A stretch of 63,896 nucleotides of DNA, filler included, from Rhabdomonas costata (GCA_019059605.1; 39 parts of 39 records of this genome joined end to end with filler, not necessarily neighbours in it); one strand, 5' to 3'. Counted from the whole stretch's first letter, positions 24,907 through 37,653 are shown. Notes: generated by a model not told the origin, from the letters alone. Program-made: numbers and translations.

Positions 24907-25262
24907 GACGGCTGGGCAGCTACAGGATCCTCCCTACGTCATCCACCGCGGGCTTGCTGGCCTTGGAATCGGACCCCGTCCTGCCTGCTCCAGACATCAA
25001 ACTCCAAACAGCCGGTGGTGCTTCTCTCCGCACCCCTCCCCGCCCCGCGGCCCGTCGACGCATCCCCGAGGCAGTTACGGCCGACGCAGAACTCAGGACA
25101 CTGCTTACTGCCGGCATACAGGACGATGGGCAGACGGGCAGCAGGCGAAGCAGCCTGGCTGGTACCCCGCCGTGGATTGCTATGGTCGAAGGAAGCTCCG
25201 CTGGGGCTCCCCTGCGTGCGGAAGATGTCTCCAAGGAAACCCCCAGTGGGATTGGGGAAGAG
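24907..25262 (+). CDS. Probable exon of a hypothetical protein
   Basis: GC-rich open frame (ORF 24762-25349) between TTCAG| and GAG|GTTTGC. No domain recognised. Confidence 0.3.
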
Positions 25263-25501
25263 GTTTGCCGTTGCTGGGCCCTGGTCCTGTGGAGAAGTCT
25301 TTGGTCGCACAGAAAGAACCAGTATGAATGGCATTCAAGCCATACATAGTCCTACAGTCCTACGCAGCAGGCATCGGGGGGGAGGGTCGCTGTCATCGAA
25401 AGGCCTGCGGGGCTTTGTTGTTGGAAAATAGAGGGCAGAGTTTTCGAAAGGCATCATTTCAATTCTGCACCAGAGAACACCGAACACAAAATAACAGACA
25501 C

Positions 25502-25771
25502 CAAGGTAGCTGACCGCGAAGACCCGGAGGTCGGCGTTCCCCCCACACATTTGCGAGGAATCCGCAGAGCACGCTGTGGCGCACCACGGAGATGACCCAA
25601 GTGACGACTGGGCGGTGTTTCCACAATAGCAATCTCCGGCCTTCTCCACTCCAGCATAGGAGTATCCCGCAACGGCACAGACCTGGACGCAGGTCGGCGG
25701 GGTGTAAGCCCCCGAGACGGTGTAAGGCATCATTCGCGAGGTGGTGCTGTCAGCGGCGCAGCCTATGTACG
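25502..25771 (-). CDS. WSC carbohydrate-binding domain exon
   Basis: YIGCAAD...TPPTCVQVCAVAGYSYAGVEKAGDCYCGN...CATACSADSSQMCGG...VF shows the eight-Cys WSC pattern. The 270-nt exon is phase 1-1. Confidence 0.92.
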
Positions 25772-26570
25772 CTGAAAGCGGTGAGCAAGTGCAGGTGTGC
25801 AGATACACGCGTAAACAAACAACCAAGAAGACGAGTTCCCATGACCACCCCAGCGTTCTGAGAGTGACGGGCAGAAATACGGGTCAATGAATCGATTCGA
25901 CCTCTGAGGAAAGCAAGGAAGCATCAGACACAATGAAAATTACCACAAACCACAGAGGATTCTGAAGAATTGAGCACCGCGCCACACATTTTGTGCGCTC
26001 GAGTTGAAATTGGGATAAACAGGGTGCGCGAGAGAATCAACACGCTCGCACGCACACGCACGCACATAGGTTGTCTGTTGGTAAACTGCCGGTGGGTGAG
26101 CAAAAATGAATACCGAGACCCCAAGGGACTTAATAGGTTCAAGGCGTCCAGGGCACAAACAAACNNNNNNNNNNNNNNNNNNNNNNNNNNNNNNNNNNNN
26201 NNNNNNNNTTAATTAATTAANNNNNNNNNNNNNNNNNNNNNNNNNNNNNNNNNNNNNNNNNNNNGGTTGGGGGGGGGGTTGACCTGTGTGTGCACTGTTA
26301 TTTACTATCCTAGATGACAGCAAAGGAAATATGAAACCTGCTCCTCACCCCTTCCCTCCTTTCCTCTGACCGATACTGGATCCTCACCGTACACACACAC
26401 GCACACACACACACTCCTTTGTTCTTGTTCCTTCGCGGGGAAAAGACCAAACACCACGGAAAATTATAAGGGCAAACTGAGTCTTGATTTGAAGATGCAA
26501 ATGGCGTCTTCTGCTTACTCTGATTGTCTTGAAATTTTTTCTTCGTATTTGGGAGTGTGCTCCACTCTAA

Positions 26571-26700
26571 CCAGATAATTTCCGATTATCAGCGGTTTCA
26601 ATTTCATAAAGGTAGGTTTCCAGTTCTGCGAAGAACAAAAATAAACTTCGCTTCATGGTAAGGAGGTTCTGACTTTGGGCAATCCTCGTCAGGTACACCA
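26571..26700 (-). CDS. Possible exon of a hypothetical protein
   Basis: CTTGCAG|VVYLTRIAQSQNLLTMKRSLFLFFAELETYLYEIETADNRKLS|GTTAG. Confidence 0.3.
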
Positions 26701-27905
26701 CCTGCAAGGAATGCAGGCACGGTTTCTGTCCGTCCTGACGTGTATGAGTGAGAGAGTGAGTGTGAGAGCATGAGAGCTACGGGAAACAGCCAGGCGCAGA
26801 CATGTAAGTAAGTAAGAACAGCTTCGGACACACACACGCTTGAGCAAGACTGCCTTTTTGCATTTAGACAAAAACGTCAAACCACCTCAACAGGCAATGT
26901 GCAACAGCTACCTGCACGTGAGAGAAACATCTGTTTTTCGTGGTTGCGAAGAGCAGTCAGCAAAAAGGTCTTGCAAAGAAAGGAGGATAAGGGGCCGTTA
27001 TGGACGGAAACCGTTCACCGATAGGGGCATCCACTCAGTGTGCAGAGGAAACCCACCACACACGTGCTCACATACAGGCTTGCCAGCATGGGGGAGAGCG
27101 TGGCAAGCGGGGGCAGCGACAAGGAGGATGAGGGCCCCGCTGTGCCCTACAGCAGCAGCTGAACCTGATTCTCCCTGACCTCACCACTTTAGAGAACCCT
27201 GGATGATAAAGACAACTCTCCCTTTCCGGGGATTCGCTGTACTTCGTTACGTCTTTCTTCTTTTTACCGTGCCGGAACCTGCGCACGTCGGCTTTTTGCC
27301 CCTGCACCGTGTACAGTTGTGCGTCCCCAGTGAAAATTGTTGCGCTGCAGCTTTCCCCAAAAGAAGAACCGGATGGGAGCTGCACTTTTTAGGAGCAGAA
27401 GACGTGCCTAGAGCTCTGATGGAAACGGAGGCTGTTCATTGCGGTTATCTGAAACACATCACGAACGCACCGAAGGCCGTTCACAATACACTTCGCCTTG
27501 TGCATGCCCAATGTTGACACCAAAGCGAGAAGGCTTCCCGCTGATGGTTGGGAGCTGGTAGCCCGTTACAATTCATTTTCAGTCAATCAAATGGTCGTGG
27601 TGGGGGGTTTAGTTCCGCGTGATGCCTGTATTGCACGCAATTCCAACACGTTTCCGTCTGATTCCCAAACCAATTCTCAAACCCATCTGCCCTGCAGTGA
27701 TTTCTGGGAGAATATTGGACCAGACCAGATGGAATCCGGCAGAACCATTTTGCACGAGGCACCCAATCCCTGACGGAGGAGCTTCAACCTCCGCCCACAC
27801 AACCCNNNNNNNNNNNNNNNNNNNNNNNNNNNNNNNNNNNNNNNNNNNNTTAATTAATTAANNNNNNNNNNNNNNNNNNNNNNNNNNNNNNNNNNNNNNN
27901 NNNNN

Positions 27906-28210
27906 GTGGGTTTTGTATTTGCCCAGAATTTGCTCCAGTGAAAGCCTGGGACAGTAACCGAGCGAGCTCTGTGCTAGTGTCCTGGTTCCGTCGGGCAAAG
28001 TTCCAGCGGTCCGAAAACTTCTGATGCGTTTTTGCTCTTGCTCGTGCTATATCTTTGCTTGGCTTTTGCAAATCAAAACTGCTGTATTGTGCAGGTCCTA
28101 TGGACTGGTGTAAGCTGGAGCGCTCCAACACCGCGGCTCGTCCCGATTTCACCGATACTAGCAGAGGTTGGTAGCGCAGGCAGCGGAGAATCCAATGCTC
28201 GGTGGTCAAC
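27906..28210 (-). mobile_element. Possible decayed RTE-type LINE C-terminal region
   Basis: WILRCLRYQ...AAVLERSSLHQSI...RARAKTHQKF...RRNQ resembles the post-RT segment of RTE elements (LR-x-I...eVLera-l-sI...Rm-x2-R-x-pk). Confidence 0.3.
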
Positions 28211-28510
28211 GTTCGTGAAAGCCGATGTTCGTGGAATGGGGCCACTTGGGTCCTTGGCCCTGAAGATGGGTTTGAAAACACCCAGAAACAGCTTCCACCA
28301 ATAGTCGAGGAAGACACCAGAAACGACTGTTCCATCGAATCGGAAATGAATAAGCCTTAGGTTCAGAGAGCTACAACACAGACAAATATCATAATCGAAA
28401 ATGGAAGGCGCAGTGACATCACGCCTCTTTCAATCAGTCTCTGCGCGGGGCAGCGCACCGAATGCAGAGCAGAGCTTTTGAAGCCAAACCCTCCAGCATC
28501 ATAAATGCGC

Positions 28511-28953
28511 TCACAATTGAACCAGACACGCCTCCTCGAACTTCTGCTTCATTTCCGCAAACTTCGGCTTGAACTTCACCACTCCCTTGTGGGCCTCGTC
28601 GTGCCCCGGCTGCTTCGCCATCACCGCCAGCCAACGGCTCAGGTTGGGGTACGACGGCCCGAACTCCCACAGTCCAAAGAACTGCGGCTGCAGCTGCCCC
28701 ACCTCACAGTATGCCAGAAGGTCGGCCACGCTGAGGGCATCCCCACAGAAGAAGGGCTTGTCTCCGAGGTATTGCTCCAGCTGTGTGAGAACTTTAGTGG
28801 CAGTTTCAATGTCTGGCGGGGACTTCGGGTTTCCCCGAAGTACAGGAAAGAATAGGCTGGGGCTCAGCTTCCGGGTGTGCTCGTGATGCCAGTGGAGGTA
28901 CTGGTCAACTCTGGCCCGCTGCTGGACGTCAGCAGGGTAAACATCTTTCCACC
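28511..28953 (-). CDS. GSTT: Glutathione S-transferase, theta class, C-terminal exon
   Basis: YPADVQQRARVDQYLHWHH...LEQYLGDKPFFCGDALSVADLLAYCEVGQL...YPNLSRWL. Acceptor CATCAG| at 28954. The 3' end is either the stop at 28511 or a GC donor near 28531. Confidence 0.93.
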
Positions 28954-29987
28954 CTGATGAAAGAAAAAGGTGCGGCGAAATAAAGACACTGTCACAGTCA
29001 CCCAAACCAAAATGTGTTGCCGATGGGTAAAACAAGTGCGCAGAACTGGATTGCCTGCAGGTGGGCGGACAAGTTTCAGGGAGAGGGAACGCATGAATAT
29101 GCGTTGGGGGCAGATATTAGATCTACGGTTCTTCAGTGTTCTTCAGTGTACATTTTTTGTATTTTAAAAAGCCAATGAGGGGCTTGCTGTGCCTGTCAGA
29201 ATAACGTCGTATTTTCTTTGCGAAATCAGAAGTGGGAGCATTGCATCGCCTCCCATTTCACCAGGATATCACCCTGTACCATTTCCCTTCTTCCATTCAT
29301 TATGGTCCATGACGGCACCCCAAATCTATATTTATTTGGCAGGAGTAAACTAAAAGGGCCACAGGACAAAGTATTGAGAAAAACAGGGGGTTATGACGAG
29401 TTACATCTGTAGGACATCTGTAGAGTTACATCTGTACGGAGTCCCCNNNNNNNNNNNNNNNNNNNNNNNNNNNNNNNNNNNNNNNNNNNNTTAATTAATT
29501 AANNNNNNNNNNNNNNNNNNNNNNNNNNNNNNNNNNNNNNNNNNNNGGGGTTTGTGTGTTCGGCACCGGTCCCAGACACCTCGCGGGGCCGAACACACGA
29601 ACCCGGAGAAAACGGAGCCAGCACCCCAACGGCGAAGGTCATGAGGCGAAGCAAGAGGTATACCAATGGCCATTGGAAGAAGCCCATATTCGTACTGCGG
29701 GTCCCAGCACAGTCGTGAGCCCAGAAATATGCCATATAAATCCATTGTTTCAGCGAGAGAGTAGAAGAGAGTAGAAGGAAGGATGTATCGCTACCTAACC
29801 ATAGGAACGTTGCTGCATGTGCAAGTTTGTCCTAACCCCGAGATCAATGTTATCAACCTGTGGACCGTCATTTACAGTTGTGCCATTTATATTTCCTCTG
29901 TGTTGTGGGTGCGTCTTGATTTGTTGACAGAGCCCTTGTGTTTGGTACTCCAGGAGATGGTTGGGGGAGGGGGTTGACCTTTTACAG

Positions 29988-30902
29988 GGAGCAACCTTGG
30001 TTCAGCCTGGGGTACTGCGGTTTGTAGGCCCGGGGGTGACGTTTCTGTCCGCTGGCGGCTGCCCTAGTGCAAGGGTGGAGCAGCTGGCGGCCTTGCTGCG
30101 GGCAGCATCAATGGAGGCCTCTGTGGTCCCCTCTGTCGACACCTTGGCCTGGAAGAAGCTGGTGCTATTCCTTCCCGTACCTTTTGCTCTTATTCCAACC
30201 CGCTCCTCCGCCAAGGTAGAGTGCTCATCAAAGCCTTCTCGATAGCCTTAGGGCACGTCGCGGGCAGCGGGTCTGTTGCGGCTCTTCAGTGCGCACAGGG
30301 AGCAGACATGACTGTGATATGCCCTAGTCTTGATAAGGTTTGAAAAGTCCCAGTTACCCAAACCGAAGAAATCAGCGAGAGATTTGTCTTCAGCACGGAG
30401 GTGGCGACTCCTACTGAATCCCCTCGACACAGATTAACTTTTCATATGTGTGCTCCCGATGAACTAGCTGTAACTTGCAAGGAAACTAGCCCAACCTGTG
30501 TCCGATGGTGTGACACCGTTGGAGGTGGTCGCTTTCTTTTATCCACCACGGGTGTTTTGGGTGTTTTAGTGTCCCTTCACGGCTTTGTTTTTTTTGCTGC
30601 TTGCCCCACGCCCCGGTTCCTTGATGCACCCATGAGTGTCTTCCATGGTACCAGTATCTTCGAATCGAATTGCGTTATTTTTCCGATTCCGCATTCTACC
30701 GCATTGCCACTGGGGGCTGTTGTTGAAACCGCGTTGTGGTCTTTAGGTGTGTGTTTGTGTGATTCGCTTTTTAGCACATTGCTGCGCTTTACGTTGTTTT
30801 TTGTAACGACGGCATGTTCAGGCTGTTAATGCTGCTATCAACCCGCCGACTGCGTTGCTGAGAGTCCCCAACGGTAAGCTTCTTGAAGACCGTAGCTCGG
30901 AG
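29988..30902 (+). CDS. panE: 2-dehydropantoate (ketopantoate) 2-reductase, partial, 2 exons
   Basis: Exons 29988-30161 and 30822-30902 join in phase 0: GATLVQPGVLRFVGPG...LAWKKL|AVNAAINPPTALLRVPNGKLL, the W-x-KL-x-VN-x2-INP-x-TAL...NG signature. Confidence 0.9.
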
Positions 30903-31187
30903 GTGTGCTCACCTTTCCATCTTAGCTCTTGATGAGGCAATTTGTTGAGTTCGCAGGCATCCGCTTGTCAGCAGTCAGTTGGGTGACGTTTCATGGTGCA
31001 TTATTGTTCCGGTGTGACAATGAAGAGGTTCCGATTGCCTTGTCGCGGTATGGCATTTTTTCCATCCACTGCTTGCCCACCCACCCCNNNNNNNNNNNNN
31101 NNNNNNNNNNNNNNNNNNNNNNNNNNNNNNNTTAATTAATTAANNNNNNNNNNNNNNNNNNNNNNNNNNNNNNNNNNNNNNNNNNNN

Positions 31188-31926
31188 CCCCGCCAGCAGG
31201 GCGGGGTGGACGTAGTGGCGGCCCAGGCAGCGCTGCAGCATCCCTGGCGGAACCAGCGCCTGAACCGCGGAAGCCCCACACCGGAGGAGCTCGCACGGAA
31301 GCACCCACCTGAGAGAGGCCAGACGGAGGAGGGAGGGGAGGGAGTCGAAAGGTCGGGGGATAAGAAAAGTAACGTTCCAGGTGTTCGCCCCAGCAGGCGA
31401 ATAGCTTGGCAGAGTTCCGGATCCGGCTGCATAAGGGACGATGTTCATACCAAGATTGGGAAGTTTTTTTCTCTGAATTACCGACTTTCCACTCATCATG
31501 GAATGAGGTCCCTTTACTTGGGTACAAAGACCGGTAGAACTCACTCAGAGCTAACGCGAGCGCAGCTTTCAGCGCTGGGAAGGGATGAAGACAGTTGCTA
31601 CGTGAACCGGACGATGGGGAAGACCAAAGCAATGTGTGATTAGATAGAAAACGCTCCCCCATCCAAAGTTTGCTCCTTTTACCGTCGATAAGGCAAAAGG
31701 CACAAGTTTGAGAACAGTCGATGATGATGAGGATGGGGACCTGCCCTCCAAGGTGACCATGCAAGGGGAATTCCGCACGGCCTCAACAATGCCCCCGGCT
31801 ACGGGGCGGAACCACCCCAGAACCTCTCCCTCAGTGGGAAGAAACCGCAGCACAGCCGCCGCAAGTTGCGCTGCGGAGTCGTGGGGCGCCGAGGCCACAG
31901 CGGTGCCAGAGGGGCTCTGGCGGTCC
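31188..31926 (-). CDS. NO VEIN (NOV)/sacsin-like protein, middle region, 2 exons
   Basis: Exons ~31926-31741 and 31308-31188 join in phase 2: FLPTEGEVLGWFRPVAGGIVEAVRNSPCMVTLEGR|WVLPCELLR...LVPPGMLQRCLGRHYV. This resembles plant NOV (FVPLVGEVHGFF...SNCL...WVPPCKVLR...LL-x2-HLG). Confidence 0.72.
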
Positions 31927-32105
31927 TCGAACGAAAAGGAATGGACGAACGGGCTGACGGTGACCCCTATCGAACTGACGCGCTGTTAGCCACACGGGTG
32001 CTCGCCTGAGGTGCCGTTGGAGCACCGCGGAACGTTCCACATCATCTGGTCTCCCTTCTGCGGTGCGGCACTGGTCCCGGGCCTTCGTCGCGCGACTATT
32101 TTTTC

Positions 32106-32107
<2 letters not shown>

Positions 32108-32138
<31 letters not shown>
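32108..32138. repeat. (GT)n microsatellite
   Basis: Directly visible, about 15 units. Confidence 0.95.
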
Positions 32139-32142
<4 letters not shown>

Positions 32143-32949
32143 AGTGAGTGTGAAACCGTGTCAGCAGGACTCTCGTCAGCCTCAACAAGCTGCAGGTACT
32201 CCTCCTCTTCCGCTTTCCTGCTTTCCTGGTACCCCGATGTTCATGCAACATTGCCGAAAAGCCATGGCGGGCAACTGGAGTGCTTGGAACTTGGACTCAT
32301 GAAATGGAAATGCAGCCGGAAGGTCCGCGTCTCCTTTTTCCATGGCATAAAGAATTCCCAAACAGCAGGTTCATCACGAAGCGTGCGCCGAGACAAAACA
32401 CACAAAAGGGAAGGTATATATCGAATGGCGATGCGCATCACTTAGGACTGAAACGGCAGTGGCAGTTTCAAGCAAGAACCAAGCAGAATTATTACCTTCA
32501 CGCAAAGACGGAGTAAGAGTGCGGGCATGGAATATCGGTAAGTTCCGTGCCGCCGCCCAGTTAAAACACCATCGGAGTCGCAGTCAGAGCAGGAAAGCAA
32601 GTGGAAGACAGTCGAGAGCCAAAAACAAGGAGGCAGACGCCGGAGGAAATGCAGATGCACCTGCGCGGGAATCAGGACAGGAGTCGCAAGCGAAAAGTGA
32701 ACTGCAGAGAAGAGGAACGTCAGAAGAACATNNNNNNNNNNNNNNNNNNNNNNNNNNNNNNNNNNNNNNNNNNNNTTAATTAATTAANNNNNNNNNNNNN
32801 NNNNNNNNNNNNNNNNNNNNNNNNNNNNNNNTGTGGGGGGGTGAGGGGAACTTTTAGAACCTTCGTCCCAGTTAGGCAGCGCTTTGCCGAGTTTTTTTTT
32901 TGTAATTTTGGACCAGACTTTTAATTTTTGACCCTTGTCCCATCTGCCA

Positions 32950-34020
32950 GCTTCTTGCAACGGCAGCAGTCATCGCTGCCATGGGTTACATCAGTTACAT
33001 TCCGCCTGCGTAGGGAGCGAAGCGAACCCGTGATTCTTTGGGGGAGGGGGTGCAAGAATGACGTGCTCGCTTGGGGGAACTCACCCATACAGGGGCAGGT
33101 TTTCAATTCCCCACCTGCAATCCCCAGCGGCAGATAGGCATGAAACAGCAACTGTACCACGCACAAGCACGGTGCCCAGATTCGGGGCCGAACGGGGGTC
33201 GTGACCCTCTACGGAGCATTCACCACAACTGTTCCGGAGCAAATTGTCCCTCCCGCCGCCACACCTATCCCCTCACCACTTCGCACACAACGGACACACG
33301 CACACGCACAATAGTCGACAAGTGGCGCCAGCAAGGGCTGGCACAGCCCTACATGCGTGAAGCCCTTCTGCAGCCAATGACGGTGAAGGTGGAAGGCTCC
33401 TTTTGGTTACATGGGGGCAAAGCACAGGCCACCCAGATTATTTGGAGTGCTTCTCGAACTCCTTTCCCATGGGGTTCCTGGGCTGCACCTTGGGCTTGCC
33501 GTGGCTGATGGGGACGTACTTGTGGGTGATCATGTGCTGGATTCGCTTCTTCATCGTCATCACCTGAACGCAGGAGCCATGAGACTGGTTACATAACACA
33601 TCATAACAAGAACCAGGGTTGGGGTCCACACACGGAGCGCAATGGCGCCATTTGCGAATGCGCCATCGCAAGACCTCTATGACCCAGTTATACTCCATGA
33701 GCTCATTTGCAAGTCATAAAGTCATAGAAGTCTGTGCTGAGAAGGGGGGGGGGGTGCCTGACGGTTAACCCGCGGCCGCGACCATAGGCCGACGCCCAAG
33801 TCTCTGGTTTTCTGGGCACCGTTACTGTTTTCCTGCCGGCACCCTGCTTTTCCGATGCATCAACGTCGTCACATGCCTTGCCACATGCACGCTGTTCGAA
33901 GTGATGGAGTCTCCAATCCATACTGAAGAACCGAAGGTGGGGGTCGAAGCCAAAGCCAACCAAGCACCCCAATGGGCAATGGGTTCCGACGGTGAAGCTG
34001 GGCAACACTGCTCCAATGCC
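32950..34020 (-). mobile_element. Second decayed Penelope-like RT relic
   Basis: Collinear motifs: STDFYDFMT (sfD-x2-lyT-like, 33712-33738), VIEVLRW, HMITHKYV...VQPRNPMG (Q-x2-G-x-PMG-like, ~33470), WRH/VD (~33320), YLPLGIAGGELKT (FLD...g-l-t-like, ~33110). Confidence 0.45.
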
Positions 34021-37000
34021 TCTTTTCAACGCCCGCTGTGCATGCCGAAATCGTACCCCCCAAATTGATCGCACCTTCTCGATTTCAAAAACCGCATTGT
34101 TACATGCCCAGACCAAAAAAAGCAAGTGCGAAGGCAAAAGACATCATAAACTGAATGTCTTCCGCAGGAGAGTGAGAGCAGCGGAGCGGCCCTGTGCGGA
34201 CACAGGCAATTGCAAGTTACAAGTTGCTATGGCTTCCCGCCTCTAGCCGCATACGAAGAGGAGGATGAAGTAGAACAGCAGGATTGGCCAGAACACGGGG
34301 ATGTCCAGGGACTGGAAGCAGGTCAGTGCCAGGGCCACCACAATGGCCTTGCACAGGCTATACCAAAACCCCNNNNNNNNNNNNNNNNNNNNNNNNNNNN
34401 NNNNNNNNNNNNNNNNTTAATTAATTAANNNNNNNNNNNNNNNNNNNNNNNNNNNNNNNNNNNNNNNNNNNNGTGTGGGTTGGACGAACGAGAAGGAGGA
34501 GGACAGGGAAGGGCCAGAGATGCACTAAGGGAGAGAAAGAATGAGCTCCGAAAGTCCACCGGTACTCAGTCTACCAGTGCAGTTCAACTAACGGTGAGCC
34601 CATTTCTGTGTTGATTTGAAGCCACACACTTTTTCATGTTCCGAGAAACCGCGCCCATTCCGCATCCGCTTCCAGCGGGCTGGAGGTTCTGCAAGTTCCG
34701 ATGATCGCATTCCCTGGCCAAACATTGCACGAAGGGAGAAAAACTATCGATTCACCACAGAGACCTTGCTCGAAGGTTTGTCCCAGGAACCCCACGCACA
34801 ACTTCCAGAACGTACGGCAGGAAGGCCTTGACATGACTGTTCTGGGATACCTCTTCTGCTGTGATGTCCGCAGGATTGGCTGAGAGTGAGGGGCGGAAGG
34901 GTGGGAATGCTTCGAGTTCCCGAAAAATCACAGAAAAAAAAGCAACAAAGCCGACGAAGCACGTTCGGTGAAATTGGACATACAGAACAGCAAAACAGGA
35001 CCAACTATTAAAAAGCCCGTGACGTTTGCGAGGTTCTAATTCACCGCATCTTCATTCTCGAGAACTCACGAACAAATCCACTGGAAGAACTATTTTGGCA
35101 GCACAGTTGAAATTGCAGCTGGGCGTCTTAAGAAAAAAAAGAGAGAGATACCAAGTCCGAGCTTGCGCTTTGCGATGGCAAGTTTCTTCTTAGGGTACCA
35201 CTCTGGAGTGGAGGCGGCCTGAGAGAAAAAGAACGTTTGGGGTCCGCGGCCTTCTGCTTCCCAGTGTGAGGCAGAGCATAGAATAGAAAATCGATGAGAA
35301 TAAAAGTCAACCTTTTTATTCTCCCTCCTTTTTGGATCTTTAAGTCCGAAAAGGCCGCTTTTGATAAGCGTTTGTCACACATTTCTCAGTGAATCTCTTT
35401 TTGGGCCAAACACACACAAACACAGACACACACAAAGCACGGGAAGCATGGGAAATACAGCAGTCAAGGTTGAACTGACAAACAATCCACTGGAATGAAG
35501 AAGAACCTATTTGTTTGTGGGGCAGAGTTACCGCTCCCTCTCAGCTGTCGGCGTTTTCCTTATGATCTGTAACCTAAATCATGCTGCATTTAGCAGTGAA
35601 AATCATTTTTTCTTCGGAGCTTTGTTGTTTCACACTCTCAAACAGCGGTAATGGCTGCAGAGAACCTTCGCTCCCTTCCGCTCAAACCCTTCCTTTCCCC
35701 ATCTATCTCTCTTCTCTCTGCCCTGTCTGTCTTTCTGTCTGTCTCTCTCTCTGTTTGGGTAAGGAATGTGGAATTGAGTGGCGGTGCAGGAGGTCGGGCG
35801 CTGGAGCCGAATCCGTGATGAAAATACTCTGTCAATGTAGGGAGAGGGTCCCCTCTTCTGCTCGTGGAGGCTGTGATGGGGAGCACAGGCTGCAGCCTCT
35901 GTTGGTCCCCATCACAGCTGGGGGAAGTGCGCGGCTACTCGGTCCACTCGTTTGATCAGAGCTTCAGGTTCTGCATCCACCTCCCCCCCAACCCACCAAA
36001 CACACCCCAACACNNNNNNNNNNNNNNNNNNNNNNNNNNNNNNNNNNNNNNNNNNNNTTAATTAATTAANNNNNNNNNNNNNNNNNNNNNNNNNNNNNNN
36101 NNNNNNNNNNNNNTGTTGTTTTTCTCTAAATCGTCCGACTTCTGTGTGTGGTGTTTTCCCCGTGCGTTGCCGTGGTGGGTTTTGTTTTTTTCTCGCTGCC
36201 CGCGCCTTGGCGCGAGACCTGCGGTTTCCGCCCCCCTTTTTATGCCCTTGCCTGTACCTCCGACCTTCCTTGGGACCCTGTGCCCCCCGATTTGTTCTCC
36301 CCACTTCTTCCAATCCAGTCTCGTGTTTCCTTCGTTTGCCCGCGCGCCTCTGTTAGCATTTTTCGGGAAGTTCCTCTGTTAGAATTTGCTTTGTTGACAG
36401 CCCGCCTGTGTCGAACTGCGGTACGCTACCGCCCACAGTGCTCGTTCACAGGTGATCTTTTGGTCAGGCAACTCCAAAGACGCCAGAAAATGAAGAGCCC
36501 CGCAGACCCGCCAAAACCCGACCAAAGCCGGCAGCCCGCGGCGGAGGCGTCGATCTGACACACGGAAAGGTCAGAGACCAACCCGGGCAAGCCGATCGGG
36601 TTCTACGGCGAAAAGGCAAAATATAGGAAACGGCTCCTCTGAAGGAATCGCCATTAGAGCGCAACGCAAAAAAGAACGAGAAAACCCGGACAAACCTAAC
36701 ATCAACTAGCCAAAACAAGGCAAACAGAACGCAAAAAAGCTAAAGCGAAAACCCTAACCCTAACCGAGCGGCTTCCCTGGGAACGTACTGTGTTGGTTTC
36801 CCCATTCAAAAATGTGTTGGGTGCAAAGGATACAAAGGATTTGTGCGCAAGGTGATGAAAGGTGGCGGAGGGACCAACCTTACGGGAGTCCGTACGCCTA
36901 CCACACCCAGGGGACCTACCACGCGAACGGACTCCCAAACAGCACAATCACTGCTTCATCAAGAAGGACATCTCCAAATTCTTGCTGACACAGAGTAGTT

Positions 37001-37114
37001 TACGAAATGCAACTTTGCAGGTGGGGGAAAGCAGTACAAGAACAACGGATGAATTGCGCCAAGGCATTGTGCCATTCTAACATAACAAGAAAAGACGAGT
37101 TCACAGAAGAAGCA

Positions 37115-37653
37115 CTTCAGTCTTCGTGCGCTTTTCGGCTCCGTCTCTGCTCCCACCTCGCGCGGTCTCCCGACCGCGTTTACGGTCCACTCGAAGCCAC
37201 TGGTCGCTTTCACTGTCCTCATCCCCAGCTTCTTCCTTCTTTCCGACATCATCTGGGCATCTAGGCGGGGGGGCATCAGACCCAGAACCCCTCCCGGAAG
37301 AGGTTTTTGCACGCTGCCGAGTGGACTGTCGCAGGACATCCTCCACACTCTCCCCGCGGCCGGGGCTGCCCAGGTGCGCCCTGCTGCCCCCGGAAGACGA
37401 CCCCGAAGTGGCCTTTGAGCCACCCTTCGCCTGTGCCATGAGGGACAAAGTTGCAGGGGATGGCCCCCGCCCATGGGACCGCGAGCGTGACCGTGACCGT
37501 GACCGTGACCGTGACCGTGACCGGGAACGGGAACGGGAACGGGACCGCGATTGCGAGTTTCTGTTTTTGGAGGCTTTCAGCAGCTTCTCACGGGACGAGG
37601 CCGGAGCTTCAGCTCGCCTGCGGTCCTTCTCCCCACTACTGGTGCTCCTGCTT
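37115..37653 (-). CDS. Arg/Ser (RS)-repeat protein exon
   Basis: Open frame from the contig edge with (SR)n encoded by hexamer arrays (CGTGAC)n and (CGGGAA)n at 37480-37548, followed by a charged low-complexity tail. Confidence 0.6.

Noticed and set aside
28260..28292. Hammerhead-like core CTGAAGA-stem(TGGGT/ACCCA)-GAAAC
   Set aside because: Stem II does not open with the conserved G-C pair, and no adjacent stem I/III with an NUH cleavage site can be formed.
36751..36766. Telomere-like (CCCTAA)2
   Set aside because: Only two units and internal, so not a telomere.
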